From: Phaeosaccion multiseriatum
Lineage: Eukaryota; Protista; Ochrophyta, other classes
Length of the DNA: 64,000 nt
NCBI GenBank assembly: GCA_965112735.1
Contig: OZ218951.1
Location: 2,790,001-2,854,000 of the forward strand
Direction: 5' to 3'
Every line of letters starts with the position of its first letter. Position 1 is the first letter of the stretch. The position numbers and the translations under genes were made by a program. Positions 27,632-39,425 of this stretch are shown here, one piece after another. The notes under the pieces are model-generated. The model saw only the letters and a program-made list of their open reading frames with translations, made no database searches and was not told where the DNA came from.

Positions 27632-30600
27632 ATGGCGCCACAGCTCGCCCGTGTAGCCCCAAAGTCTTCGACGTCTGATGCAGGCTCGTCCTCTACTCTA
27701 GAAACCCCCGCTGAAGTGCCGCATGGACGGGAGAGGGAGGGTAAGCAGGTGGGGGTGGGCCGCTTCAGCATCGGAGCCAGAGGAGCAGCAGTAGGACCAG
27801 CAGCAGGACCAGCAGCAGGAGGAGAAGGAATCAATGTCGTCATTCCCATGGGAGGCCTGGGATCCAGGTGTGCAAACGCAAGCAGACATAGAAGAACGCC
27901 AAAAGAGTTGTCTCTTAACCCTCTTCGTCCCCCATGCCCCCCCACACCCAGATTCTCTCGGGAGGGCTACCGATGCCCCAAGCCCATGGTCAACATCGTG
28001 GGCAGGCCTATGCTCTTCTGGCTGCTGGACAATCTCGTCTTTCACGAAGGGGACACCCTCTGGATCGGCGTGCAGAGGGAGCTCGAGCTGGAGTGGGGAC
28101 TGGAAGCGAGGCTGCGAGCAGAGTACTGCTCCCAAAGGGACCTCGACCTTCGCCTGGTGCTCATCGACTTTAACACGCGAGGTGCCGCGGAGACGCTCTT
28201 CATTATCTTGCAGCAAATGTCCGCCGAGGTGAGTGAGCAAGGCCTAAGGAGCCAGAGCCCGACAGCGTAAGCAGTGAGTGAGTAAGGCTCGAGGCCAGAC
28301 AGTGGCACAAAGAAGGCTGCCGAGCCGAGCCTAGGTTTTTTCGGCTCGGTCACCAACTCCTTCAGCCCCGTCCTAAGTAGGTCGCAACCCTAGCCTGCCC
28401 GCCCGGCCCGGGCCTGTTTCCCTTGCCCTCACTGCCTTTCCCTTGCTTTCTGCTTTGGTTGTGATTGTGGTTGTTGATTGCTGCGCTCCAACAGGATCTG
28501 AGTCGCAAGACCATCTCGCTGGACTGCGATACGCTGTACTTTACCGATATCTTGGGCGACTTTCGCAGCCTGCCTAATGGAGTTGGCGCCTCTTTTTACT
28601 TCCACGACGAGGGGGATGAGCCCATGTTCTCCTACCTCAAACTGGAGGGGAGCACGAGGAGGATCACAGCTATCCAAGAGAAGGTATGCGTCTTTCTTGC
28701 ATTTACATTATCACGACTTTTGTGTGTGTTTGGAGTGAAGGGGAAGTATCCACCTCTTTGTTCCACGCGCACACTCATTTAAACTGCCAATGGGTTGCTT
28801 GCCTTGCTGCCCCTCGTCCCTCCTCTGCACTCACTCCGTCCCTCACTCATTTCATCTCACCGTCCGGTTGCTTGTCTTGCCTTGCCTTGCTGCCCGTTCT
28901 CCCTCCTCCCTCCTCCCTCCCTCCCCCCTCCCTCCTGTGCAGGTGGCCATCTCTCGAAATGCCAACACGGGAGCCTATGCCTTTGCTTCAGGGGCTGCTC
29001 TCAAAACCCAGTGCCAGCGTGTCATTGACTCCCCTGTGGGCAGGGCGGGGGAGTTCTATATATCGAGCCTCATAGACATAATGATCAGGGGCAAGGGCAA
29101 GGGAGAGGGAGAAGGAGGGGAAGAGGGAAAGAAGGAAGACAATAAACAGAAACAAATCGAGGAGGTCGAGTTCGAGTTTCGGGGTCTGCCAGTGGCCACC
29201 GAGAGCTTCTACTGTGTGGGCACGCCTCGGCAGCTGCGGGCTTTTCTGACGGAGATCAGGAGCGGCGCCAACCCAAGATTCCGCCCCCGGCAGGCCATGC
29301 GCTTCTGCTTCGATCTGGACCGGACGCTTGTGACTGAACCGGCCGTGGCGGGGGATTACTTCACTGTCCAGCCCATTGCCAAGGTAGGGAGGAGCCCTCT
29401 GTCCGTGTCGTCTGTCTCTCTCGCACACCCTCTCTCTATGTGTGTGTGTGTGTGTCTGTCTTTCTCCTGCCTAACTCTTTCTCCATCTCTCTCTGTGTGT
29501 CTCCCCATCTCACTCACTCACCCTCACTCACCCCCTCCTCCGTCCTGCTCCTGTCTCTCCAGAATGTACGGTTACTGCGCGACTTGTATTCCGCCGGTCA
29601 CACAATCATCATCTGGACCTCGAGAGGGGTGCCAAGCAGCAGCATCACCGCCAGCAGTAGCAGCAGCAACAGCAACCGCAACAGCAGCAGCAGTGGTGCC
29701 AGCAGTTGTGAAATCGGCACTGGCAACAGCAGATCGACCGAGGAGGGGCCCCGGGAAGCCACAGCCACCGCCACAGCCACCGCCACAGCCACCGCCACAG
29801 CCACAGGAGTTGGTGATACAACGACAGCCTTCGCCACAGCCACAGCCACTGTGGATGTAGGCCTGGCGACGCTCCAGTCACTGAAGGAGTTGGGCATACC
29901 CTATCACGAGATCTTCTTTGGCAAGCCCGTAGCCGATGTGTATGTGAGCGACAGAGGCGTGAGCTCCGTTGTGGATACGGCAAAGGAGATTGGCTGGTGC
30001 GTGCCTCCTCGTCCGGTGGGGATTGAGGAGGAGGAGGAGGAGGAGGAGGAGGAGGAGGAGGAGGAGGAGGAGGAGGAGGAGGAGGAGGAGGAGGAGGAGG
30101 AAGAAGAAGAACGGGATGGGGATGAAGTAGTAGGAGGAGGAGGAGAGCAGGAGGAGGAGTGCATGACGAGAGCGGTGCAGAAAGGCATTGTTCCCTGTCG
30201 TACGACTCGCGCGGCGGTCGTCACAGAAAATAGGGGCAGCGCGGCACAGGAGGAGGGCATGCAGCGGGGGACGACGACGACGAGGTTATTGAAGGCCAAG
30301 AAGAAGAGAAGGAGGGGAGAGTCCCAGTTGGAGGGGTGCACTGCTAGAGGTGGAGGTGCAGGAGCAGCAGCAGTTGGTCATACAGCATCAGGAAGGAAGG
30401 CCCAGACAGGAGCAAGAGTACCAGCAGCAGCAGCTGTTGGTGATACAGCAGCAGGAAGGAAAGCCCGGGCAGGAGGAGGGGGAGGAGGAGAAGGTCGCCC
30501 TGGGGTAGGCCCACCGATTCCTTCTCGGCACTTCAACACCGTCACCATGGGCGAGGATGGGCAGACGGTGGCCAAATCCGCTCCTCTTCGTTACTTGGAG

Positions 30601-31652
30601 GGCGAGATGTTCTACTATCGAGCCATTCCTGCGGCACTGGCAGACTGCTTCCCTCGGGTGGTGGGGTTCCACACGGGGAAGGGAGGGGAGGAGGAGGAGA
30701 AGGAGGAGGAGGAGGAGGAGGAGGAGGAGGAGGAGGAGGAGGAGGAGGAGGAGGAGGAGGAGGAGGAGGAGGAGGAGGAGGAGGAGGAGGAGGAGAAGGA
30801 GGAGAAGGAGGAGGAGGAGGAGGAGGAGGAGGAGGAGGAGGAGGAGGAGGAGGAGGAGGAGGAGGGCAGGGGGGGCAGGAGGAGGTGCAGCGAGGCGACG
30901 GTGGCGGTGAGGGTGACCAACGGCAGACGATAGTGATGGAGAGAGTGCACGGGGTGAGTTACAGCCACCTCTTGACCAATCACTGTGTCACGACGGGGCG
31001 GCTCACAAAGCTGCTGGAGATGCTACACAGGCTCCACACGCACCCACACAAGGACAACGCGCTCGTGGGGGTGGGGGGTGGAGGAGGAGGAGGGGGAGGA
31101 GGAGGAGGAGGAGGAGGAGGAGGAGGAGGAGGAGGAGGAGGAGGAGGAGGAGGAGGAGGAGGAGGAGGAGGAGGAGGAGGAGGAAGAGGAGGAGGAGAGG
31201 GAGGAGGAGGAGGTTCCCCTCCCTCGCCTCTCATGGCACGAGACTATTGCGCTAATTTGGCCTCAAAGCTTGAGAATCGCCTGAGCAGCCACGCAGGGCT
31301 GTACGGAGAGCTGCTGGATTTGGAGCAGAGGAGGGTCGAGAGGGAGGAGGGGGAGACTGTGGGGATGAAGCCAGGAGGCGAGACCGAGGAAGAGGAGGAG
31401 GCGGAGGAGATGAAGAGTATAGGTATGGCAGAGTGCCTGCTGGCAGAGCTTCGAGCCTACGAGGAGGCGGGGCGCTTTCTTCCGGCGGCCTACATTCATG
31501 GAGACCCGGTGTTTAGTAACGTGTTGATGACCAGCCAGGGGAAGCCCGTGCTGTTGGACATGCGAGGGGCGCTGGGGGACGTGCTCACCACGGCAGGGGA
31601 TGTCGTATACGACTTGAGTAAGGTAAGCGATGGCAGTGGATGGGGAGGCTGT

Positions 31653-31683
<31 letters not shown>

Positions 31684-32216
31684 TGCGTGTGTGTGCGTGT
31701 TGTGTGTGCATGTGCGGAAGGCTCTGTGTCGGCACTCTCTCTTTCTGTCTCATACACTCTCTCTCCCTCTCTCGTCTTTCCTTGTCTTTTCTTCGCCCCC
31801 TCTCCTCTCCTCTCCCCTCTCCAAAGGTGTACCAGTCCCTCTGCGGCTACGACTTTGTCATAATGGACAAGGCATCCCTCCTTCGCGACGGCGACTCCAC
31901 CGCCAACACCGCCACCACTACCACCAACAGCAGAGTCACAAATGGCAACAGGGCTATATCTGGCAGCAGGTGTAGCACCAACAGCAGCAAGAGCAGACAG
32001 CGAGCCCTAGAGATCCTTGGCGAGCTCAAATCCGTCTTCTTCTCCTTTGTGTCTCACCACTACCCCTCTGTGCGACCCTTTGACATCCGGCTGCTCACCG
32101 CGAGCCACTTCTTCTCCATCGTGCCCCTGCACGCCAACAGGGCGCACCAGACGCTCTTCTTGAGGAGAGCGAGAGAGGCCCTGGGGGAGGCGGGTCTGGA
32201 GGTGCGCTACTGTTAA
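27632..32216 (+). CDS. Three-domain fusion: nucleotidyltransferase (NTP_transferase/GT-A-like) + HAD phosphatase (EcbF/BcbF capsule type) + APH/choline-kinase-like phosphotransferase
   Basis: NTP transferase: VVIPMGGLGSRFSREGYRCPKPMVNIVGRPMLFW...TRGAAET...SLDCDTLY...ITAIQEKVAISRNANTGAYAF...GEFYIS...VGTP. HAD: RFCFDLDRTL...IIIWTSRG...GIPYHEIFFGKPVADVYVSDRG. Kinase: RHFNTV...EMFYY...IHGDPVFSNVL...LLDMRG...GDVVYDLSKVYQSLCGYD. There is an apparent frame break near 30865-30930. Confidence 0.85.
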
Positions 32217-32684
32217 CATAACGCTGGCTGTTAACGGCTTTTTTCCTTGCCTGTCATACAAGCCTCACCATCTGATCTTACTCGAGCATCAGATAAAGGA
32301 CGGAAGAGCTTTGTTCTGCCATGATTGTAAAATCTTGTCAATTGTACAAGGAGATATCAAAGCTGTGCCCCTTCCCATAGAGCACAGCCCCCCCCCCCCC
32401 TTCTAGCGGCGTGCATACTTCCCCCCACCCTAACTTCCTTCTCACCGAACCTACGTAAGTGCCTTTTTGATACATGTGGGTACATGACACACACAAACAG
32501 AGGGCACGAACACCCACACCCCCAAGTCTACACACTGAAACACCTTCACACAAAACACACCCATAGACTACATTCACTTGAAGAAACACACACACCTCAC
32601 ACACACCTCACACACGCACGCACGCACGCACGCACGCACACACACAACACACACCCCCTAACCCTCCCTCTGCGGCCCTCTTTC

Positions 32685-35600
32685 TTACAAGACGGCTGCG
32701 TCGGTTAAGTCGCTTTGGAGTGGCACTCGCCTCTGCCCCTGCTCCTGCTCCTGCCCCTGTCCCTGGTCCTCCTCCTCCCCCAGTCCCAGCCCCAGCGAGA
32801 GGAGGTACCCTGCCCCTTCGAACGCCGCTCCAGCCAGTGCTGCAGCGAGCACTACGAGTGCTTTGGTCATCCTGTCCTCCCCCTCCTCCTCCTCCTCCTC
32901 CTCCTCCCCCTGCTCCCCCTGCTCCTCCTCCTCTTCCCTTTTCGGAGTGCGCTCTGGCAAAAGCTGTGCTGTCCTTTCCTCCTTCTTGTCCGCATCCAGC
33001 GAGACCCTCCTTGCAGGAGCAGGCGCAGCAGCGGCAGTTGATGATGAGGAAGAGGCTTGAAGAAGAGCCCCAACTCCTCCTCCTCCTCCTCCTCCTCCGC
33101 TTCCTCTGGTGCGCCGCCGTACGCCGCCCTCCTTCCTCTCGCTGCTACTGGCAGCAGCTCCATCGACTACCTTCTTCCTGCTTCTGCCACACATCACGAG
33201 CACCTCCCCACCCTCCTCCGACCACTGCCCCCGGTACAGCGGAGAAGCGGGCGGGGATGGGGAGCGCACTATCCTCTCCCCCCCCTCTTCCTCCTCCTCC
33301 TCCTCGTCCTCCTCCTCCTTGTCCTCCTCCTCCTTGTCCTCCTCCTCGTCCTCGTCCTCCTCCTCGTTCTTCTCCTCCTCCTCCTTATCGTCGTCTTCTG
33401 CCGTCTCGTCATTCTCATCCACCTCTCCTGCAGCTGTGCTGTTCGCCCGCCTCTGCTGCTTCGTCCTCTTCCTCTCCTTCTCCCTCCTCCTCCTGTCCTC
33501 CTCCTCCCTTATGTACATGGTCGAGAGGAAGGGCACGTCTCTAATGGAACGGCTCGTCCCACCGTACTCGACAGGCAGCTGGTCGGCATCGATGCATCGG
33601 AGCAGATGGCTCCATTTGTTGTTGGGCACTATGTCAATGGTTGACGTGCCCTTCTCCATAAACCCTCTGTTACCCGTGATTGTACCACCAACGCGGACAG
33701 GTGACCGAGAGGTGCCAAGAGAGAGAGGGGGAGAAGAGAGAGGGAGAGGGAGAGGGAGGTGGGAAGAGAGGGAGAGGGAGAGTGAGGACAGGAGCCGGGC
33801 GGGTGAGAAGAAGACTGGGAATGGCGTACGCATAAGCTGCTGGTACAAAACTGGTATGAGTTGCTCGTAGCACAACAGTCCTCCCCCCTCACTTCTTCCG
33901 TCCTTCTTTCCCTCCCTCCCTCCCTTCCTTCCCTCCTTCCCTTCCAGCCTCACTTGATGGTGCTCCACACAACGTGGAACAGAGGAGGGGCGTTGACGAT
34001 GAAGGCATACCCGCCCCGCCCCGGGTAGTGCGACAGGTCGATGTTGGTGAGATTTTTTAGCAGTGACACGAAGTCCGCATTGGCCATTCCAAAGCCCATG
34101 CCCTTTGTATGTACGTGTGTGTGCGTGTGTGAGAGAGAGAGAGTGTGAGCATGTGTGTGTGTGTGAAAGAGAGTGCGTGTGCATGTGTGTGTGAGAGAGA
34201 GTGTGTGTGAATGTGTAGGACGGAGAGGGCAGAGCGCAGTGGGCAGAGGCGGTCGGGGGGGGTGGGGGTGGGGTGGGGTGGGTGGGGAGGGAGGATGGTA
34301 GGACTGGATCGATGATCTAAGGCGTCTCAGCAAAGCGCGTCAATCGATGAGCTAAGGCGTCTCTTCTCTCTTCCAGTCTCTCTCTCCCTCTCCCCCCCCT
34401 TCTCTCTCTGCATCCCTTCCGCCCTCTTTCTCTCCTCTATCCTCAACACCCTGAACCCCTCACCTGGAAGTCAAGGATGGTTGTGTACGTTTCAATGATG
34501 ATCCCCTCGTCGTGCACGAGGCGGCTCAGAGCACGTGCGTTCTTCTCTTGCTCCCAGCAGTGGTACTGGAGGAAGGGGGGGATGGGAGATACACATATAG
34601 AATAGAAGTGGGTTAGAGAAAGGGAGAGAAGGAGGGAGAGAGAGTGAGGCCGCTCATGGATTCGGAAACAGTGAGTAGCAAATCCGCGGAACCAAGCCGA
34701 CCAACGGAGTGAGTGTTTCCCGCGCAGTAAACGAAAAGTATTCCTCTCCAACTCACCACGCGCGCTTACACACACTTACCTTGAGCATCTTGTCGAGAGG
34801 GATGACTTGCTTCATCTTCCGCGTGTCCAGCTGCCCGTAGCGCTGCAGATACACTGTTCAGTAAGTCAATAGGAGCACGGCAGTAAGGTAAGTGAATGAA
34901 ATGAAAGAAGTGTCAGTCAATAAGGGGAAACATTGCTTGGGTACATGACCCAGATAGTCATCCAGTCATCCAGTCCGTGGGTCAGTCAGTCGACCAGTAC
35001 ATAACCAGTGCGGCAGTCAGCCAGCCAGTCAGTCAGTCAGTCAGCCAATCAGTCAGTCAGCCTCCCCCACCCTTCCGTGCTGCGCCGAGCCACCACGCCA
35101 CGACACCACGACACCACCACACACCTGGGCGCCCCTGCTTATCTCTCCCAAGGTGATAGTGCGGGTAGAACCTGGCAAACAGATCCTCGTGGCTTGCACC
35201 AACTGCATCACCACTCTTCGTATCTCTCCCTCCCCCTCCCCCTCCCCTATCGCCTCCACCTCCGCCTCCGCATCCGCCGCTGTCCCTCCCCCCGCCCTCC
35301 CCTCCCTCCCATACACAAGGACAGGCAGAGCAAGAAGAAGCTTCCCCCTCCGATGGGCAGGAAGGACAAGAGAGGGTGAGGCCGAGGACTTGGGCGGGGT
35401 GTTGGCGGTGCAGCGACGCCACGCCGGTTTCGACCCTCCATCGGACGCTGGCCCACTGGATTGAAGAGAAAGGAACAGTTGTACAATGTAGAGTACACAG
35501 CAAAGCAAAACAAGCAACAACAACAACAACAACAACAGCAACAACAAATCACAAGTGGTAAACAAGCGGCAGGCGGAGGGGGGGGGGGAAGCATAACACG

Positions 35601-37006
35601 GTTTCGAGCGGGAAGGAAGGACGAGAATGAATGAGCTGCTACAGGTGGGTGGGGCGGCTGTTGTGCCGGCGTCAGATCGCTGAGGAACTTGCTTGAACCT
35701 CGAAACTTCTCCTTCCGTACCTCCGTCGCTCACTCACCCACCCACCCTACTCCTTCCCTCCCTCACCTCACTCACTCACCCACCTCACTCACTCGCCCAC
35801 TCCCTCCTTCACTCACTCCCTCCCTCACTCACTCACCCACCCACCCACCTACCCACACATACACTCGCTCCTCCGATCCGTTACATTACTTACGAGTTGC
35901 TTGAGAGTGGCCTCTAGGTCCCAAGCGTTGTGTCTGAGGAAGCGCAACACACACAGCTCCCTATCCTCCGGAGGGCCGTGCAGACCATCGCCAGTGATGA
36001 CGTCAAGCTGAAGATGCTCGGACTCCACACGCTGTAAGACAGCGCTCAGGCAGGCCTGTCGTTGGAGTATATGAGGTCGGGAGGGTGGGGTTGGGGCGGA
36101 GTTACGGGGGCAGAAGGGGGGTACATAGTTGAGAGGTGAGTGTGTGTGGGGAGGGGGGGAGGGGATGTAGGAGAGGGGAGAGGGGAGAGAGGACGAGGTA
36201 GGGGATGGGGGAAGAGAGAGGGGAGTCTGTAGCGGGATCTGGACACACCACGGACCGATATCCTTGGATTCGATCCTCGACATGCAGTGGGGTGCAGGGC
36301 TCGTGCGTTGTGCGTCTCTCACCTCCTGCTCATTGGAGAGGTGTCCCAAGTACCCGTGTTTGCTGAGCAAGGCCTTCGGGGTGTCGTCCAGAGGGTGGTA
36401 GCGTATGCCCCTCTCCCTTGCACTCCCTCCATACCGGGTCCCCTCCTCCTCTTCCTCCTCTTCCTCCTCCTCGTCATCATCATCATCATCATCATCATCA
36501 CTATCATCACAATCACTTTCATTCCCCCCCTCATCGCTAAAGTCGGACTCGGGCGGCGTGTTGGGCTCAGTCATGCCTATGTCCGGTGAGAGAGGAAGAG
36601 GCGCTGCCACCTGCATACCCCCTTCTTCTGCTGCCTCCTGACACTTATGAGGTTTCTCGTGGCCTTGTTGGAAGGTCGCTTCCTCCACACCTTCCTTGCA
36701 CCCGCCATCCTTTTCTTCCCCCCCCTCCTCACTGCACTGAGAGGAAGTCCTCCCATTCACCCCTTCACGAGCCGGAGAAGCGCATCTGCTTCCCCCGCCC
36801 ATCCCTTGCCTCCTCCCCATGCCCCACAAGCCAAAGTGGCCGAAGCGCTTTGTCGGGCTCTCTCGGCTGTATGCCTCCCTTTCCTGGACTTGCACAGCCT
36901 CGTCCTCCAGCTGACGTTGGACTTTCCCACTACTATTTCCTTTGTTGGAGCCTCGGACGCGCCGAACCGCCCCCTTGCGCCGCCCACCTCCGTGACAACC
37001 TGGCAT
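32685..37006 (-). CDS. SEC14 / CRAL-TRIO lipid-binding protein
   Basis: GYLGHLSNEQE...VLRFLRHNAWDLEAT...FYPHYHLGRDKQGRP|VYLQRYGQLD...TTILDFQGMG...DLSHYPGRGGYAFIVNAPPLFHVVWSTIK...IDADQLPVEYGGT. The start codon is uncertain. Confidence 0.88.
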
Positions 37007-37058
37007 TTGGACCCCAAATTACCCAACTGACGCCGGCTAGGGGATGCTCTCAACTACA

Positions 37059-37095
<37 letters not shown>

Positions 37096-37441
37096 TACGC
37101 ACACACGCACTCACACACACATCCTTGTAGGTGCGAGCTGTGAGATGCTGCATCTCATGGAGAATTGGAGATTTGGGGAGATGAGAGAAAGACAGAATGG
37201 ATGGGAAAAAACGGAAATTGAAAATTGAACCCCTTTCTGAAAGTGAGTTTCAGCTCATTCTTCCCACCCTCGTTCGACCTCTTCTTTTTCTTCTCTCTCC
37301 TCGTCTTACTCTACTTTTTGTAGAGAAAAGGTCCCAAAAAAAAAAGAAAAAAATGCTGCCCCCTCCGCTGCCCCCTCCGCTTCGTCTCTCTCCCTCCGTC
37401 GACCCCTCTCCTTCATCCTCGACTCCATTTAGAACCACTGG

Positions 37442-37542
37442 TCGACCCCTGACACACTATCGCCCACATTCTCGATAGCGCGCTATCGGCCCCCGGGCTG
37501 GCGCCGGCGATAGCGGATAGCGGATAGTGTGTCAGGGGTCGA
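37442..37542. mobile_element. 101-bp MITE (family A), complete copy
   Basis: Perfect 20-bp TIR TCGACCCCTGACACACTATC / GATAGTGTGTCAGGGGTCGA, flanked by the 6-bp direct repeat CACTGG (37436-37441, 37543-37548). A second copy lies at 41271-41348. Confidence 0.85.
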
Positions 37543-37834
37543 CACTGGAGTAGGCATGTGGTGGAGGTGGGATAGGCTCAATTACGTATTATTAAGTAGG
37601 CAGAGTAGTAAGTCAATGATGTGGGACGCGGCCTTTTTGAGGGCCTGGTTGGCCCCTCCGCACTCCTGAACCCGTATAGACCATCTCCTTCCTTAGGGTG
37701 GGATAGTCCTTGTTATCAATATACTTGGTGCCAGTATTGGTCTCTTCTCTCCCTTCTTATTGGGACCGGAACGCAGCGCTCAGCTTGGGGGTGCCTTCCT
37801 CCTCTTAGGCAGAGGGAGGTAGCGGCCCCACACG

Positions 37835-37883
37835 TGGCAACGACGGAGAGATTCGAACTCTCGCGTGCAGAGCACAATCACTT
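37835..37883 (-). other. 3' half of a mature tRNA-Ser including CCA (extended primer-binding-site-like tract; not a tRNA gene)
   Basis: The minus strand reads AAGTGATTGTGCTCTGCACGCGAGAGTTCGAATCTCTCCGTCGTTGCCA: long variable arm TGTGCTCTGCACGC as in eukaryotic tRNA-Ser(GCT), T-loop GTTCGAATC, discriminator G, then CCA. No 5' half is present. Confidence 0.85.
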
Positions 37884-38094
37884 ACAGCAGGGACTTGAGG
37901 GAGAGCAGGGAGCACTTTCTGCGAGAAGACAGCAGGTGGTTCAAAGGGGACGGGTTGCTGCTGTGAAGCACCAATCTGTCCCCTCTGAACCACCTGCTGT
38001 CTTCTCGCAGAAAGTGCTCCCTGCTCTCCCTCAACCCCTTGCCTCCTCTCCCTTGGCTCCGTCTGATGTGAAGAGAGAGGCCGTACTCGGACGG

Positions 38095-38480
38095 AGGACC
38101 AAACCAACGCACAGGGTCAAGCTTGGCCTTACGCCCCGTACGCTGGCGAAACCGATGCACCCACACCTTCTCTCCATCCTCTTCACCACAACGAAACTCA
38201 GGTATCTCTCCCTTGCGCCATCTGTTGTGAATGTCCGCTAGTTGGGGCAAAGTATCTGCTGCTATCTGCTGAATGTCGCTGACTCTGTCCGTCAACTCCT
38301 CCACGTAGTCATTGACGTCCCCCCATCGTGCAGGCAACTTCACCGCCCGACCCAGCATGCACTCCAATGGGAGAGTAGGCTCCCGACCATACAACAGCGC
38401 AAATGGAGTCATGCCCAAGAGTCGTGTCGGGCTCGAACGAAAGGAAAACAATGCCTGAGGCAGCCACTTGTCCCAGTCAT
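38095..38480 (-). pseudogene. C-terminal fragment of a Gypsy-type (rve) integrase
   Basis: DWDKWLPQALFSFRSSPTRLLGMTPFALLYGREPTLPLE...FRCGE..GEKVWV...GRKAKLDPVRWFGP corresponds to the post-catalytic helix and the GPY/F module. The HHCC domain and the D,D35E triad are absent. Confidence 0.85.
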
Positions 38481-39425
38481 CTCTTTCTCTTTCTCCAGTT
38501 GCAGCTGCTCGTTCACCAGCACCTCGATCTGCCCCCCACGCCTCTGTTCTTGCTCCAGTCTCTGCTGTTGCGGTGCTCGCTCTTGCCGATGGTGCTGTTG
38601 TTCCCGCTGCAGCAGCTGCTCCTGCTGCTGCTCCTGCTGCTGCTGCTGTGGCTGAAGCTGCAAAGGCTGTGGAGATTGCCACTGTTGAGAGCGTCCTCTT
38701 GACGGTGACGGAGTCCGCTCCATACGCTGAGAAGGAGGAGAGGACTGCCGGTGGGGAGAAAGTTGCTGGTGTCTGGCTGTTGTTTGCGGTATCCTCTTCA
38801 TGGTACTCTCCATGGAGTCAAGGCTCTTCATCATGGAGTCAAGGCGCTTCATAGCGTCTTCCTTCATCTGCAGCACCATTTCCAGCAGTCTACGACGCTT
38901 CTGTTCTTGCTCCTTCCTTTCTTGCTGTCGCGATTGAGAGCTCTCTGTATGCTAAAAATCCCTCGACTGCCGTCCTCTACAAGCGTGACTGTCACGGACG
39001 GCTCTGCTGGATGATGAGCTGCCACTGTCGCTGCGGTGTCCGTGATGGGAAGACCCTCTTCGCTCGCTGGGCTGCTGAAGCATCGTCATCTCTTCCATCT
39101 GTCGTTCCTGTTCGGCCTTCGTAGCCTCTTCTTCGGATTTCCGTTGGCGCAGCTCCTTCTCATGCTGCTCACTCCGATACCTGAAGTCTGAGATGGAGTA
39201 CGTCCACCCATTCACTGCCACGTTGGTCCACCCAAGTCTCCGGCTCCATTCCCAAATCTGAAGCCAGCACGCCTTCTCCTCCCGATAGAGCATCTTGAGC
39301 CGGCGCCTCGTCTGTTCGTCCTCTTCCGAATACCAGAATCCGCCTTGGGCGTAGGAGATAAAAGGATGACGGTTCCACATCATCAGACACCTGATTCGCG
39401 ATTCCTCATCCTTTCCCCCATCCAT
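38481..39425 (-). pseudogene. Broken charged/coiled-coil ORFs in the gag position of the element
   Basis: ORFs 38952-39425 and 38409-38879 start just downstream of the right LTR/PBS. No zinc knuckle, protease or RT motif is seen, so the identity is inferred from position only. Confidence 0.4.

Noticed and set aside
37835-37883. Functional tRNA-Ser gene
   Set aside because: Only the 3' half is present, with an encoded CCA and no D-arm/A-box; it is part of the element's terminus.
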